Origin: the human T2T-CHM13v2.0 reference genome, Homo sapiens
Strand: one strand, 5' to 3'
DNA: 64,000 nt
Assembly (NCBI RefSeq): GCF_009914755.1
Contig: NC_060932.1
Shown here: piece after piece, positions 41,181 to 56,580 of the stretch
How positions within the stretch are numbered: position 1 is the first letter of the stretch
Layout of the letters: each line of letters opens with the position of its first letter
Position numbers and translations under genes: made by a program
The notes under the pieces: generated by a model
The model's database searches: none
Told to the model about the DNA's origin: nothing
Seen by the model: the letters and a program-made list of their open reading frames with translations, nothing else

Positions 41181-41647
41181 GCTGTGACCTGTGGAGAGTC
41201 ACTGAAGATGGTTCTGGGCCACAGTGAAGGTGGCAGGTGGTCACAAGGGAAGCCGGAACATGAGCCTGTGGGTGCTATTCAATGGATCTCTATTTCCCAC
41301 CATCTGCCTGGCGGGATCGCTGGGGAGAGCTGTGATTTCCTCCTCCAGGATCCTAGGTGATGAAATCCATGACAAAAGTTGTTGTTTTTTGTTGTTGTTG
41401 TTGTTGAGCATCCCAGGGTTTCCAGACTCCTGAAGGCCCAAACCTTTGTCAGGTCTCCTTACTCAGGAACCTCTGATTGACAGTGGTAAGGCCGAGCTCC
41501 TCCTGTCGCGTCTGCCTCTCCCAGACACGTGCTGATTGCTCTTCAGCTGGCTTTTTATAGTTCAGACTTCCTTTTCTGTCTTACTTTTCCATTTTGTCTT
41601 GTCTGGCAGCTTGAGCTAGAGGCAGGAGGCAAGGCATATTGCTTTAG

Positions 41648-41795
41648 GGAGAGAGAGAAAGAAGATGAAGGAGGATGAGGAGGAAGAAGAAGCAGGGACA
41701 GAGGGAGGGAGAGAGACGAGAGGAGGAAGAAGAGGAGGAGGAATAGGAGGAGGAGGAAAAGAAGCAGGAGGTAGAGAATCGGGGGAGGAATGATG
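41648..41795. repeat. GA-rich (GGA)n low-complexity tract
   Basis: Nearly pure purine plus strand. Confidence 0.85.
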
Positions 41796-43814
41796 ATAGT
41801 GATGTGGTAGGAGGCAGCTTTCAATAACAATCAGAATCACGAGAGAGAGTGAGGGGGACCTCAGGTCTGTTCTGCCCCTGCCTTCAGGGAGGTCCATGAT
41901 TGTCTTAGCCACAAAAGGCAGGGAAGCCTGACTTTGTCTCCTACTCAACGTCTTGCTCAACTAGTGCAATGGTCTTCCATGCATTTTTTTTCCTTTGCTC
42001 CTAGTACTTCTCTCTCCAATACATCCACCCTGTCTCCTCTGGAGCAGCCCCTGGGAAGGCAACTCAGAATTTGCCAGTCCCCAGCATCAGGCCCTTCAGT
42101 GGCTCCCCATGTCTGCAGGACTCCTTAGCCAGAATCGGACTGGTGTCCTGTCTGCTTCTGGAACCATGTCTACTGCCACTCATGTGTGGTAATCTAGCTT
42201 CATGAGACACTTACAGATCCTTGTATGCATCTGGTCACTGTTGGGGAAGCTGGGCTGGCCTGGCCTTTGGGACACCACAGGGCAGGGTGGAAGGAAGAGG
42301 GTTTCTCATTCACAGTTGCCGATCGTAGAGTGGATTATGCCCAAAAGAGTCCAGAAGGTCAAGGCCAGGGAAATGGATCCAAAACATGTTACTGGGGCCA
42401 TGGGCCTGGAGGCCAGAATTAGGAGCAGGAGGCCTAAGCTAAGGGGGTCAGAGACCCATGGAGGCACAAGCAGGGAGCAGGTGAGAGGAGCTGTTCCTCC
42501 ATATGTCCGAGTTGGTGAGCTGTGCTGGTGACATAATAAGTGAGTAGCCACATTCCTGAAAGAGCCCAGGGATCCTCTGATTCGTACTCTATCCCTTTCT
42601 ATGAGCTCTTCCCCTCTGCTCACTCTATCATTTTCACTGTTTCTGTTCGTCTTCCAAAACTTGGTTTATGTATCACTTCTCTGCAAGTCTTTTTACCCCT
42701 CTCTAAGACACTTAACTTCACACTCCTCTGTGCAGTTTCCATTCTTCTACATGCCTCTAATGGCATGCCTCATACCTCACTGAGATTATGTTTACTTCCC
42801 TGTGTCTCTCTTATTAGAGTGGAAGTCTCCGGGCAGCAGGAATCTTGACTTCATTGTAGCTCTACTCCTAGCACCCAGCACAGGGCCTGGCTTATAGGGG
42901 GTGAATTTCATACACTTCCTGCATTGAGCTGGAACAGAATGGGGAATGGGGAAAGAGAGGGAGCTTTGCTGGGTGGACTTCACACCACTGTCTGCTGTGC
43001 CGGTTTTGCAGAGCTGCCATGTATGGCTTACTGCGTAGACTGCCCTGCAAATATGCTCTGGAGCAGCCCTGATTATCCACATAATCAAATCCAATAATGT
43101 GATGAAGTGAAAAGTAAAACACTTGTTTTATACTGCAGTGCAAGACTTAAGTTCAGGCTGGGAACTGAACTGAGGTCCTCCCAACGCCAAAGCTAGCATT
43201 CTTGTCCTTGACCTCGGAGTGAACATGAGGAAGAAATAACTTCCTTAATGCTCTGAAACACCTGCATGATTTCTCTTCCAGGCAGCAAGCAAGCCAAGGA
43301 TTTATTCTGAGGGTAATAGGTAGGGGATCCTAGGAGTGAATTAACACAGCACCGTTCCCTGGGAAGGATGTTGGATTTTCCCCTACATCCCCTTACTAAT
43401 TAAACTTTCTGGAATCCAGCTCTGTCAATTGTTCAGATAGACCTTGGTGTGCAGCATCAATGTCTGACCAACTTTACTAAATCTTTTGGTTTCTAATGTT
43501 TAGAAAAAATAGGCCCTGTTTTGTTGGCCTGGCCTACCAGGAGGATCCTGGTTCTAGGTCAGATGTCAAATGTCAAGACACAGAGTCTTAGTGTTCAACA
43601 TGGCAAACACACACATATAAGCCCAAGCTTGACCCCAAAAAGCATCTCTACCACCCACATGTAGCCCAACCAGCCCATTCATGAGTTGACTTCTCTCAGG
43701 GAGGTTTATACTTTTTGTCTTAACTTTCATCTAGAAGATGTCTTAGTCTAGGGCCTGAACATATGGCAACCTAAAAGAAATGACATCAATGAGGACATTC
43801 AGCTCATTGTTTCT

Positions 43815-44175
<361 letters not shown>

Positions 44176-46057
44176 TAATCTTGGCATTTCCCCTCAGTAT
44201 TCATGTGGTCTTGGGTAAGTTATTTATACTCCTCCAGCCTCAGTTTCTCCATCTGTTAAGTGGGGATAACCATCCTTGTCACAGTGAAATAATGTATGTG
44301 CAGTATGCAGTAAAGTGCCTGGCACAGTGTATATTCATAGTAAAGTATGGTCAGTATGATATTATTACTCTAAAATTAATCTCATTAGATTCCAATGGGT
44401 CTTGGTGCCTGGTTTTCAGTGTCTCAATTGGTCCCCTGTGCATTCTAGCATTTTCCTTTTCCTTGAGCAATTGCTGTGTTCCTCATGATCTACTTAGCCT
44501 CCAGGAGTCCTGGCATTCAGTCTGGGCTCTGCTATCGACTAGCTGTGCATCTTTGGATGAGTCAATTAACCTCTCTGCACTTATTTCCTCACCTGGCCCT
44601 TCTAGATCACCTTCCTGTGGTTTGTACCCTGAGGTGTTCTCTGCAATCTGTGGCCTAGAACAGGGACTGGGAGAAACTGAGACTGAGGGATGAGGGCTCT
44701 TCAGAGCTTCCTCACGGCTCTCGCCTGAAGCCAAGTGCAGAGAAGAAACCTAAGTCGAGCTCCCAGCAGGTGCCCTTGATGAGTTTGCCCTTGTAAGTCA
44801 ATCCAGAAAGCCTTCATTTTCCCTCCTGGAGTTTTGGATTGCCATGGTGGGCACTTTGACTCAGGAGGCCTTGGTTTCTTTCCTATCTGGGTGTGCGGGG
44901 TCTGGGTCCCCAAGGAAAGGGCAGGCTGGCTCCTGTCAGCAGCAGGTTTGACAACAACAGCTGGGAAGCCACAAAACACTCTCTGCCACAACCCTACCCT
45001 CAGTCCTCTCAACCCACTCGGGGCCGTGCTCCCCATCTGCTCCTTCCAGGAGAAGTCCCCTCACTCTAATTAGGAACCATAGCTATGGTGATTGCTGTGT
45101 TTCAAGGATGGACAAACATGCACATAAAGGCCCCTGTGGTGCTGCGGTCTCTCTGGAAGGCTGTCCCCTGCTAGCATCAGAGAATCTCCTGTTCTTACAG
45201 GTGGAGAGAAACATGAGGAGCAGACAGGTAAGGTTGCAATTAACTGAATCATTATAAGCTGTAGGAAGAAACCTGGGTCTTGATATAAGATTTTAAATGT
45301 TTTTAAGTATACGTGAGAGCCTGTCTATCTGTGTCTGTGTCTATCTGGCTGGGTGTGTTTTTTCAGCAGCCCGTGGAAAGCGGAACAAGGACTTTGTACT
45401 CCAGACAAAGGCAGAAAGGGGGCCTGATCCATGAGTCCAGGGGTTGCCATGACGACCGTCCTCCAGAAGCAAAAATTTTAAGGCTACTCCGACTAGGCCA
45501 GTAGTGCAAATGTCTGCATTCCCAACTCTTCCTCCACCCTGCTCCATCACCAGAAAATATCTTCATATTTTTTTCCCCTGGGGAGAATAAGGGGAAAAAA
45601 AGGACAACACAGATGACGTCAGGATGGCTAGCAGATTGTTGGTATAACCCGGCTGTCTGCCCCCCTCTTTCTTCCTGCAAACTAAAGTCTGACCTCATCC
45701 ATCATTTATGCCACAGATCAGCTTTCTGGGCTTTCAAACTGGGAAGAAAGAAAGAACAGGACCAAGGATGCTTTCTTACTCTCCTGTTTCAGCACTGTGA
45801 GTCACAAAGAATAATACACTGTCTTGGCCTTTCTGCTCCCCAGGACCAGGCGTTCCCTCTTGGTGAGATAGGCATTTAGGCAAAAACATCACCTCCCCCT
45901 GACCACTCAGGAATGGTCTGGCAATTTGCTACCAACTTGTGGGATAGAAGGTGGGAGGCTTACAGATGAAGGACTGACTGGGAGAGTAAATTTTATTACC
46001 TTAAAGTGGGATTAGTTAGGATCTCTATGGGAAATGGGAATCAAGCAAGGAAGTGTT

Positions 46058-47190
46058 ATTTATCCATCTATCCATTTATCCATCTATCAATTCATCCATC
46101 ATCCATCCCTCCTCCATCAATTCATCATCCATCCTTCATCCATCCTCCCTCCATCCATCATCCATTCATTCAGCCATCCATCCATCCTCCATCCATCATC
46201 CATCTATCCATCCATCATCCATCCATCCATTCATCCTCCATCCATCATCCATCTATCCACCCACGCATCGTCCATCATCATCCATTCATCCATCCATCCA
46301 TCCTCCATCCATCATCCATCTATCCATCCATCATCCATCCATCCATCCTCCACCAATCCATCCATCCATCCATCATCTATCCATCCATCCATTCATCCAT
46401 TGTCCATCCATCATCCATTCATCCATCTATCCACCCATCTTCCACCCATCCATCCATTGTCCATCCATCATCCATTCATCCATCCATCCATTCACCCATC
46501 TTCCATCCATCCATCTTCCCTCCATCCATCTATCCATCCATCCTCCATCAATTCATTATCCATCCTCCATCCATCCATCATCTATCCATCCACTCATCCA
46601 CCATCTATCCATCCATATATCCATCCATTCATCTATCCATCCATCCATCTATCCACCCATCCATCCATCCATCATCTATCCATTCATCTATCATCCATCC
46701 ATCCATCTATCCACCCATCCATCCATCCATCATCTATCCATCCATCCATCCATCCTCCATTCATCCAGCATCTATCTATTCATCTATCCATCCATCATTT
46801 ATCCATTCATTCATCCATCCATCCATCATTTATCCATCTGTTCATTCATCTATCTATCCATCCATCATCCATCCATCCATCCATCCATCCATCCATCCAT
46901 CATCTATCCATTCATCCATTCATCCATCCATCCAGCATCCATTCATCCAGCATCCATCCATCCATCCATCCTTCACCCACCCAGCATTCATTTATCCATT
47001 CATCCTCCATCCATCATCTATTCATCCTCCATCCATCCATCCATTTATCTAGCCATTCATCATCTATCCATACATTCATCCTTCATCCATCCATCATCTA
47101 TTCATCCATCCATTTATCCAGCCATCCATCATCATCCATCCATTCATCCTCCATCCATCCATCATCCATTCATCCATCATCCATTCATCT
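46058..47190. repeat. (CCAT/TCAT/CTAT)n simple repeat, about 1.13 kb
   Basis: Continuous degenerate CCAT tetramer array. Confidence 0.97.
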
Positions 47191-47971
47191 GTACATACAG
47201 ACTCTAGAGAATCAGACGAAGTCTCGGTCCACACAGAACTTACAATCTTGTAGGAAAGACAGACAAATAAATAATTTAAGTGTCCAAATTGTTCTGTGGG
47301 AGAGCCTTCCCCAACCTCCCTCCTTGCAATCTCATCACCCTCCCACCATGAATTCTTGGTAACCTTCTGGAGAACTTTATACATATATCTTTATACATAG
47401 AGCTCTCATATCACCTGAATTTTTGTCATGTGTTTCCATCTCTCTCTCCTATTTTAGGTTTTAGCTCTTTGAGGGAAGAAATAAACCTTAGCCCTCTGCC
47501 CCTTATTAGTAAAGGCAGAGATGAAATATAATAGAATTTGGTGACAGAGTTTGACCCTGGAGACTGTTTGCTTCCTTCTTTGTATTTTTATAAGTGTCTG
47601 TCTTTTAAGTTTTTCCAAAAACATTTTTTAACCTATGTTTTTCTAATGATCAAAAACAAGAGTAACGAAATATTTTTTGATTCCCTGCTAGTAAGAAAAC
47701 AAATCTAGAACACTTTTATTTCTTCCCATTTTCAGGCTTTTATGAAAATAATCTGGGGTTTAATTAAGGCTTGGATTACTGTCATCAAATTTTATATAAT
47801 GTATCTTTTAAGAATTACTTTGCTATTTGCTTTTATTTATGACAATTATTTACACTTAGCTCTGTGTTTGGCTGATTTACACCCGAGCTGCCAGTTTTTT
47901 TATGCCACAAGTTTCTCATTCTTAAACGTTTAATTCTGATTCATCTTTGAATAGGAGTTCATTAAATTGCA

Positions 47972-48221
47972 TTTTTTTTTTTGAGACAGGGTTTCACTCC
48001 CATTGCCCAGGCTGGACTGCAGTGGCGTGCACTTGGCTCACTACAACCTCCGCCTCCCAGGCTCAAGCAATCCTCCTGCCTCAGCCTCCTGAGTAACTGG
48101 GACATAAGCGCGCACCACCATGCCCGGCTAATTTTTGTATTTTTAGTAGAGACAGGGTTTCACCATGTTGCCCAGGTTGTTCTCAAACTCCTGGCCTCAA
48201 GCGATCTGCCCACCTCTGCCG
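47972..48221 (-). mobile_element. 5'-truncated Alu (J/S)
   Basis: Reverse Alu lacking its first ~40 nt; ATTGCA on both flanks. Confidence 0.88.
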
Positions 48222-50039
48222 ATATTGCAATTTTTTAAAGGAATAATATAGGAGAGGTGTATTTTCTGAATCCTCAAGAGTCTCCATCTCCTACCACCTA
48301 TGAACAATAACTTGGCTTGGTATAACAATTAGGGGTCAAATTTTTTTCTTCAAATATCTCTAGAAACTGCTCTTCTTATTCTGGAAAAGCTGAAGTGCTG
48401 CAGAATAGAAGTCTGCGAATTGAGTGATTTATAGCCTTTTTGTTTGTTTGTTTTTACGCTGACTCCACTCCGACTTTGAGGAGGCAGAGGATCCCTTGAC
48501 ATGAGCACTCTTCACTGTCTTCCACATCTTGCCATGTTCTGTGCTTGAGAGTTGCAGTCTCTGAAAAATATGGTATGGTGTGTGTGTGTGTGTAACACTG
48601 TACTCTGGTTGCCTCAAAAGATGTCACCTGTGTAGTAGAGACTAGCTGGTCAGTTTTAAGATTGTTTTTAAGATTGGTCTGTACTCTGGGTCTCTGAGTC
48701 AAGGAGCAGGAGTGTAGAAGAAATGAACTCTCTCCTTACTGACTTTCTGAGAATGGACGTCCTGTCCTTCATGAGGCAAAGTGTGAATAGGTCATTGACT
48801 GGCTCCTGGACCAACTGCATCTGCTTTCCCACTATTCCAGTGACTCCTAGATTCTGCTAAGGTTTTTTTTAATCAGTCTTACTTTCCTGGGGGTGGTAGG
48901 TGTTCACTATTTCTTGTAAATAATGTTTGGTGGCAAATAGGTGCTACTAGAGAGATACTGTTTTGTATTAGAACACCAGCTTTATGCCTTGTTCTTGAGG
49001 TTAGATCCTCAGAACCTACCAGGATTCAGGAGCCTCTTGGATGGATAAAGGCTTCCCTTGTCATCTCTTTACTTTTGCTGACACCTGAATAATCAAAAGG
49101 TAGAAGAAAGAGTGAGCAAAAGTAAACATGGTTGATTTGGTAACCTCCATTCCTAGGGAAGCTTGCCAGAGTCCCCAGGGCTTCGGGTAAGGAAGTAGGG
49201 AGTATCTCCTTGTGTTTTCCATTCCAGTGGGCAGGCCAGTGCAGGCCATGGAGTTTCAGACATGAGCTGGAGGTTGGGGAGTCTGCTATTTAAACTTTTC
49301 ATTCCACCCAGTGCTTTGCCAGTTGCCCAAAGGCATTGCACAATATTGGTAGTAATAATAGAACCAGGAATCTACCATTCCGCCTGGGAGACGTGCACAT
49401 TGTTCCACTTCTCATCTTCAGAATTTTCTTCAACCCAAGTGCCTGAAGGGGGACTTTCTTTATCTGCGGCTCCTAAAGTAGAACGTTATGCAATGGGGTG
49501 TGGGGTGGGGGTAAGCTGATGCTGAGTGTCCCAGATGTCAGTGGATGTTCCTTCAGAAATGATTGCATAAGAACACTATACGATCATAGGATAACCTTTT
49601 CTGAAACTGGGAGAGCCACCAGGTCATATCAATGGATTATTTCATTCCAACACAAAATGATTGAACACCTCCTACACACCTGTTATATTCCCTGCCCACA
49701 GAGTGTGTTTGGAGAGACACACAAAGATCCCATTTTTACCATGCTATACACTAGCCCTCTCTTCTGTCTGAAAATCCCTCTCTCCCAATTAGAGCAGATA
49801 ATGAGTTAGACAACAATGGCAAGGAAAGTGCAGGTTAAGGAGGGGAAGAGATTTTTCCAAGTGGTGTTATTAGAACATGAATTTTCTCTAGAAAGAAGGT
49901 TCTGGTACTGTGATTAGCTTGTCAGATGAGCTGGTTGGGGTCTTCAAAGGGGCACCTTGGAGAGGTAAATGAAGCAGTACTGAATCTGGGCCAGGCCTGG
50001 GGTGTTAAGGTGGTATTTCTCTTAGCACAATGCCTCTGA

Positions 50040-50468
<429 letters not shown>

Positions 50469-51232
50469 CCAAGGACCTTTGAAAAACATTTTTTCTCCTC
50501 CCAGTGCATCACATAAGGTGCCTAGATATTCTGATTAGGCCTTTCTCTCCTGACATTTCCCCACAAACATTCTTCTTGTGTTCTCTTCTTAGGCCCTTTC
50601 CCCTTCCTAACCTCCACTTCCCACTACCTCCCCATCTCATTTTCTCCTCTTGCTCAGCCATGTTATTATTGTTCGCAAAACCACTGTCCTGTTATCCCTT
50701 CTGTTATCCCTCCTCATGAGGAATCAACATTTCTGGACTTAATGGCCCGGCCTCCTGATTCCACTCCTTTCCCCTTCTTTCTGTGGGCACATCCAACTGC
50801 TCACAAGTGGGGGTGGCTTTATGGAAAGGGCCATTTCTCCAGTTACAGTTCCTGCATGGAAGCTGCCTCTGGCCAAGGCAAGACATCTCACAGGAGAACC
50901 AATGGATGGTCTATGGACAGAACCAGTTCTCTAGGGGCAAGGCAAGAGCAGAGAGCCCCACATGCTGAGGCAGCCAGGTGTTTTTCAGGTGAATTTACTT
51001 ATTAAACTGTGAGTCAATAATCCATGATAGCCAATTTTCTAGTCTGTGTAGAGGAAGAAAAGTGATCTTTGAACAAACCTAGGTTGAACAAGGTGTTTGC
51101 CACTTACTCATCAGGTACCTATGAGTAATTTACATTCTCTGTGTTATTCAGTCTTCATGATTATTCTTATGATTTTTATGGGTAATAATAATTTTTATCT
51201 CTCATGATTATTATGGGGTAGGTTATATTAAG

Positions 51233-51355
51233 GTTTTTAGTATAAGTATGTCTCAAATATTGCACTGGACACACTTATGTTAAAATTGTCTCATCATCTC
51301 AAATTCAAGTTTAAGGGCATATCCTGTGTCTTTGTTTGCAAAACCTGGCAGCCTT
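51233..51355. mobile_element. MER53 hAT MITE fragment
   Basis: TTTTTAGTATAAGTATGTCTCAAATATTGCA...AAATTCAAGTTTAA...CTGGCAGCC. Confidence 0.7.
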
Positions 51356-53163
51356 CCATGAAGCCCATACTACAAATGAGGTTAAGTGACTTGCTTAGGG
51401 TGCTTGATAAACGTTAGCTTCTTGCTCCTGTTCTTCTCTGTCTCCATCAATCAAATGGTCAAAAGAGAGAAAGAGGGAGAGAAAGACAACATTATTTAAA
51501 GTGAACGCACAAGTTCTGCCCTTCTGCTCATTTGCCATTTCATTAGACATTTTCACCTATTGTCAGGAGTGTCCTGGCGACACTCAAAATCAGTAGAGGG
51601 CACAGTGGTGATCAGATCCTTTGGTTGAATCCCAACCAGAATTTTGACCTTTCTGAAAGGGGCATGGCAAAGTGGAGAGCCAGAGGCCTTGGCTCTCACA
51701 GCCACGAATGCTGGCCCTGGCTCTGGTATCAACTCAATCCATGAACCAGGTCACCTCTATTAATTCTTTTATGAGTTTTGTCTTCTTTATTGAAAATCAA
51801 CGATGGGAATACTGACCTCCATTCTTCACTGGGGCCATGTTATGCAGCGTGGTGCAGCATCTGATACCGGACAGACCTGGGTTTCAATCCCAGCTGTACC
51901 ACTTACCAGCTGTGTGACCTGGGGCAAGATACCTAATCTCTCTGTGCCTTGGTTTCCTCACCTATAAAATAGAGATAAAGATAGTGCAAAATAGAATGAA
52001 GGCTGCGTGGTGTTGAGGCAAGGCTTACTAATTAATTCTTTCACTCAAATAAGCACTTATTGAAAACATGGTCAACCCCTCCTATAAATGTTCGGGGGCT
52101 GTGAATGAATGCTTAGCTCTGTTCTAGGAGAAACTGGGGATACTGAGAGAGCAGAAAATCTGATCTATGCTCTGGAGGACAAACGATCCCATAGGAGGAG
52201 ACTAATTGTACCCAGGTGAAACAACAAGACAATAAAATCAAGGGCATGATGATTCGGTGTAAGCTCAGGCATGGTGCTAGAGAGGTCATGAATAGTGGCA
52301 ATCATGTCTCATGCTTTTATACCCATGCAACTTTATACCAAGGTCATGCACAGACATTAGAGGTGAAGTAAAGAGTGGTCAGAATGAGGAGGAGCTGCTT
52401 ATAGGAAGCTTCTTGGAGAAGGGGTTTCTTGAAGAAATAATAGATTTTGGTGGGAAGGTGGCACCTCTGATGGTGCAAATCCAAAGTGCCAAGGTGGGGA
52501 GCTGGTGACACCCAGCATGGCAGTGGAGGGGCAGAAGTGGGGCTACAAGGAGACTGGCAATGAGACCTTCTCACAGCCTCTTCCCTCTGCTGGAGTGCTT
52601 TTCCCTCAGAGATTCACGTGGCTGGCTCCTGAATGTTCAGGACTCAGTTCAGCTATTATTTCATCAAATAGACTCTTCCCTGAGCACCTAAAGTAGCATG
52701 TAGCCTCTCTCCACCCCTCCCGTTTGTTTCTCTCTGTTGTATCACTGTATCACCCTGTTTTGTTTCATTGTATTTTTCAGATTTTGAAATGATTCTATTT
52801 GTAGCATTTCATTGTTTGTTTGGTCTCCCTTAATAGAATAAAAGCTCCATGAGAACAAGAGCATTGGGCCATAGTAGGTGCTCAATTAATATTTGTTGGA
52901 TGAGTATATGAACAGGGAGGTGGAGGCCTCAGAAGGCTAGTCTAAGGAGTTAAGGTTTTATAGAAAATTCTAAGGGCTTCAATAAAACCCATATAGAAGA
53001 ATATTGTATGTCTCAGAAGGACTTTCTGGAGATAGGAGTTGGTGAGTGGTTCTTTTCTCTTTGCTTTAAAATGAGTCTGGAGGGTTGAAGTGACTAGGGG
53101 TATCCATGGATGAAGATGGAACCTGGGTTTTGGGGCCTTCTCTACCGGAGGCTGTGTTAGGGC

Positions 53164-53343
53164 AGTGGTTCTCATTCTGTCTTCACATGATGGTCCCTGG
53201 AGAGATTTGAAAATTCCCAATTTCCAGGCTACGCCACAATCCAAGTCCAATAAAAGGCAAATTTCCAGGGGTGGTGCCCAGGCATCAGCATTCTGTGAGC
53301 TTCCCAGGAGATTTCACTGTGCAGCCAAGGGTGGGAACTGCTG
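53164..53343. mobile_element. MER5A-like hAT MITE
   Basis: CAGTGGTTCTCA...GGGAACTGCTG inverted termini. Confidence 0.7.
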
Positions 53344-54659
53344 TGCTAGGCACTGTGCCCATCTCCTAGGGACTGGAGGCACAATTCACTAGCCTCTCTT
53401 GCTCACAGTAAGAGAGAAAGTAAAATGGAGTAACTTTTCTTCTTGTCTTCTTCACAGAGACTCTGCCCAAAGGTGAAATGCAGTCAGCTAAGTTCTTGGG
53501 TGCCTTTCTGGATTTGAGAACCTGTTTGGAATCAGCCATACGTTTCCGTCCACTGGGAAATGGGGTTGACCTGCCTTAGCCAGGCCTCACATGCCATCCT
53601 GATGAAACATTATTTTAGGGGCTGGCAGCCCTGAACTGGCTTCTGTTCTGCTGGCCCCATAGGCTGGCTCAGTTCCAGGCTCACCTTTCGCTACCCTTGT
53701 GGCTGCCACATTGCCCAGCTTTGATTTATCGTGTCTTCAGCAGAGCTGTGGGCCTAGAGTGATTTAATGTTGATATTATATGTCACACAGAAGATGCCAG
53801 CATCGCCAGCCGATCTCATGTCTCCACTCTCCAGCAGTCTGGATTGAGGGCCCTAAAGAAGGCAGGTGACCCTAAGGCCCCCTCTTGGAAAGGGGCTGTT
53901 GAACGTCCTTTACTCTTCTTAAAATTTCCATTTGAAACCTGTTTTGCTGCATGTCACCCCCTGCAGCCAATATTGATGTTAATCTTGGGCTGCATATGCA
54001 ATGTGACCTCGGATGAAATTGAACAACTGGGTAATTATCTGTGGACCTATTTCTAATGAAATAATTGGAATAATTGGAATAGGATTAGTAGAACTGCAGA
54101 GAGACCTGTTGCTCCTAGCTGGGCTCTTAATGCCAAACAAAAGAAGCAACGTGTCAGTAATTCAGTTGGTGGATGCCTTGGAGCCATTCAAGATGCATTT
54201 TGCTCATTAGCCAAATCTCTTCCTGCCCTCATCCTCCCCCAACATTTGTTTCAGATGTGATTTTCATGAAGCATGTCCCTGTGTCTTGTTTGTCTTTGGC
54301 AAACACAAGTAACTATTATAAATATAGCATTGGATCTCCCTGCTCTTTGGGGACCCTGAGATTTATAGTGCCATGGTTGCTAATTAATTTATGATTCCTT
54401 CATTTAACAAACATGTTGAATGAGCCATTTGTAAACACATCTTGACTGAGTACCTCCTATGCCTCAGCCACTCTTCTAGGCACTGACAGTGGGAGAGGCA
54501 GACAATAGATAAGCAGAACAAATCAGTTGATCAATCAATAGAGATGATGTGATTTGAGATGATGATAAGAGATGAAAAGGCAGCCTGTGATGGAGAAGGG
54601 ATAGGAGGAAATGACCAGTTTATATCTAGTGGGCAAGGAGGACAGAGACATAGAGAATT

Positions 54660-55483
<824 letters not shown>

Positions 55484-55789
55484 AATTGCTGTGTGTGTTG
55501 TGACTGGAAGGATGCATAAGACATGGTTCTTGGCCTCACAGAGCTCCTGGTCTCATTAGGGATATGGATATAGAGAATGACAAAGAAAAATACGGTAAGT
55601 GCTGTGATGGGATTGTGTGAAACGAACACACAGAAGGGGTGACACTAACTGCACAGGAGAGGGGGCAGGCAAGTCTTGCCTTCTAAGAGATGGTGAGGCT
55701 TGAGCTGCCACTGAAAGGAAATGTGGAAGTCAAGGGATAAATTTGGCTGGAGAAAGGGAGGAAGGACATTGTGTTAGGCATTCATCTTT

Positions 55790-56580
55790 TCAATAATCTT
55801 TTATTGAGCATCTATTATGTGCCAGGCATTGTTCTAGGTGCTGTAGTGTCAGTGGTGAACTTCCTTTCTAACAGTGGAGCAGAGACAATGAGTCAGTAAG
55901 CAAATAAGATAATATTGGCTGGTGACAACCTCTGTGAAATCGATGCAGGATAATGTTATAGGGAGAGTTTGTGTGTGTTCTGAGGGCAGTGATGGGGATG
56001 GGACCTGATAGCGTGGCCAGGGTGAGCCTCTGGAGAGGTGACGTGCGTGCTGATATTAGCTCATGGGGCTGTTTGGGAGAAGGGGAGTTTTAAGTAAAAG
56101 GAACTACAAGCACAGAAGTCCTGAGGCAGGAATAAGCATGACAAGTTTGAGGAACAACAGCAAAAAAGCCCAGGGTGGCTGGTGCCTGGAGAGTGAGGGG
56201 GAAAGTGGGTGTTCCAGAAGGAGTCAGAGACAAAGCAGCTGGGGACACAGGGAGCTCAGTGATGAAGACATTGCAGGGATCCTGGCTAGAAAGGTCAGAG
56301 GCTTGGGTTAGGGTGATAGCTATGGAGGTGGTAAAACACAGAAACTCTAAGATACTTGGAGAAATAGAACTGATAGGACTTCTGATACCTGATCCCTGAG
56401 GATTGAGGGATGGGAGGAATCCAAGATGACTCCTAAGCATTTGGCTGGAGCAGCTGGGTAGATGGGGGTGGTTACTGAGATAGGGAAAACTGGGAATGGA
56501 ACTGGTTTTGTGGGGGAATCAAGATTTTTGCTTTGGATGTGTTTAGTATGAGATGCTAATTGAGCATCCTGGTGGAGAGG
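55790..56580 (-). mobile_element. L2 LINE fragment
   Basis: TTATTGAGCATCTATTATGTGCCAGGCATTGTTCTAGGTGCTG and downstream L2 motifs. Confidence 0.7.

Noticed and set aside
46006-47362. Long ORFs (348-442 aa) rich in H/P/S/I
   Set aside because: These are translations of the (CCAT)n repeat, open in all three frames because the repeat lacks stop codons.
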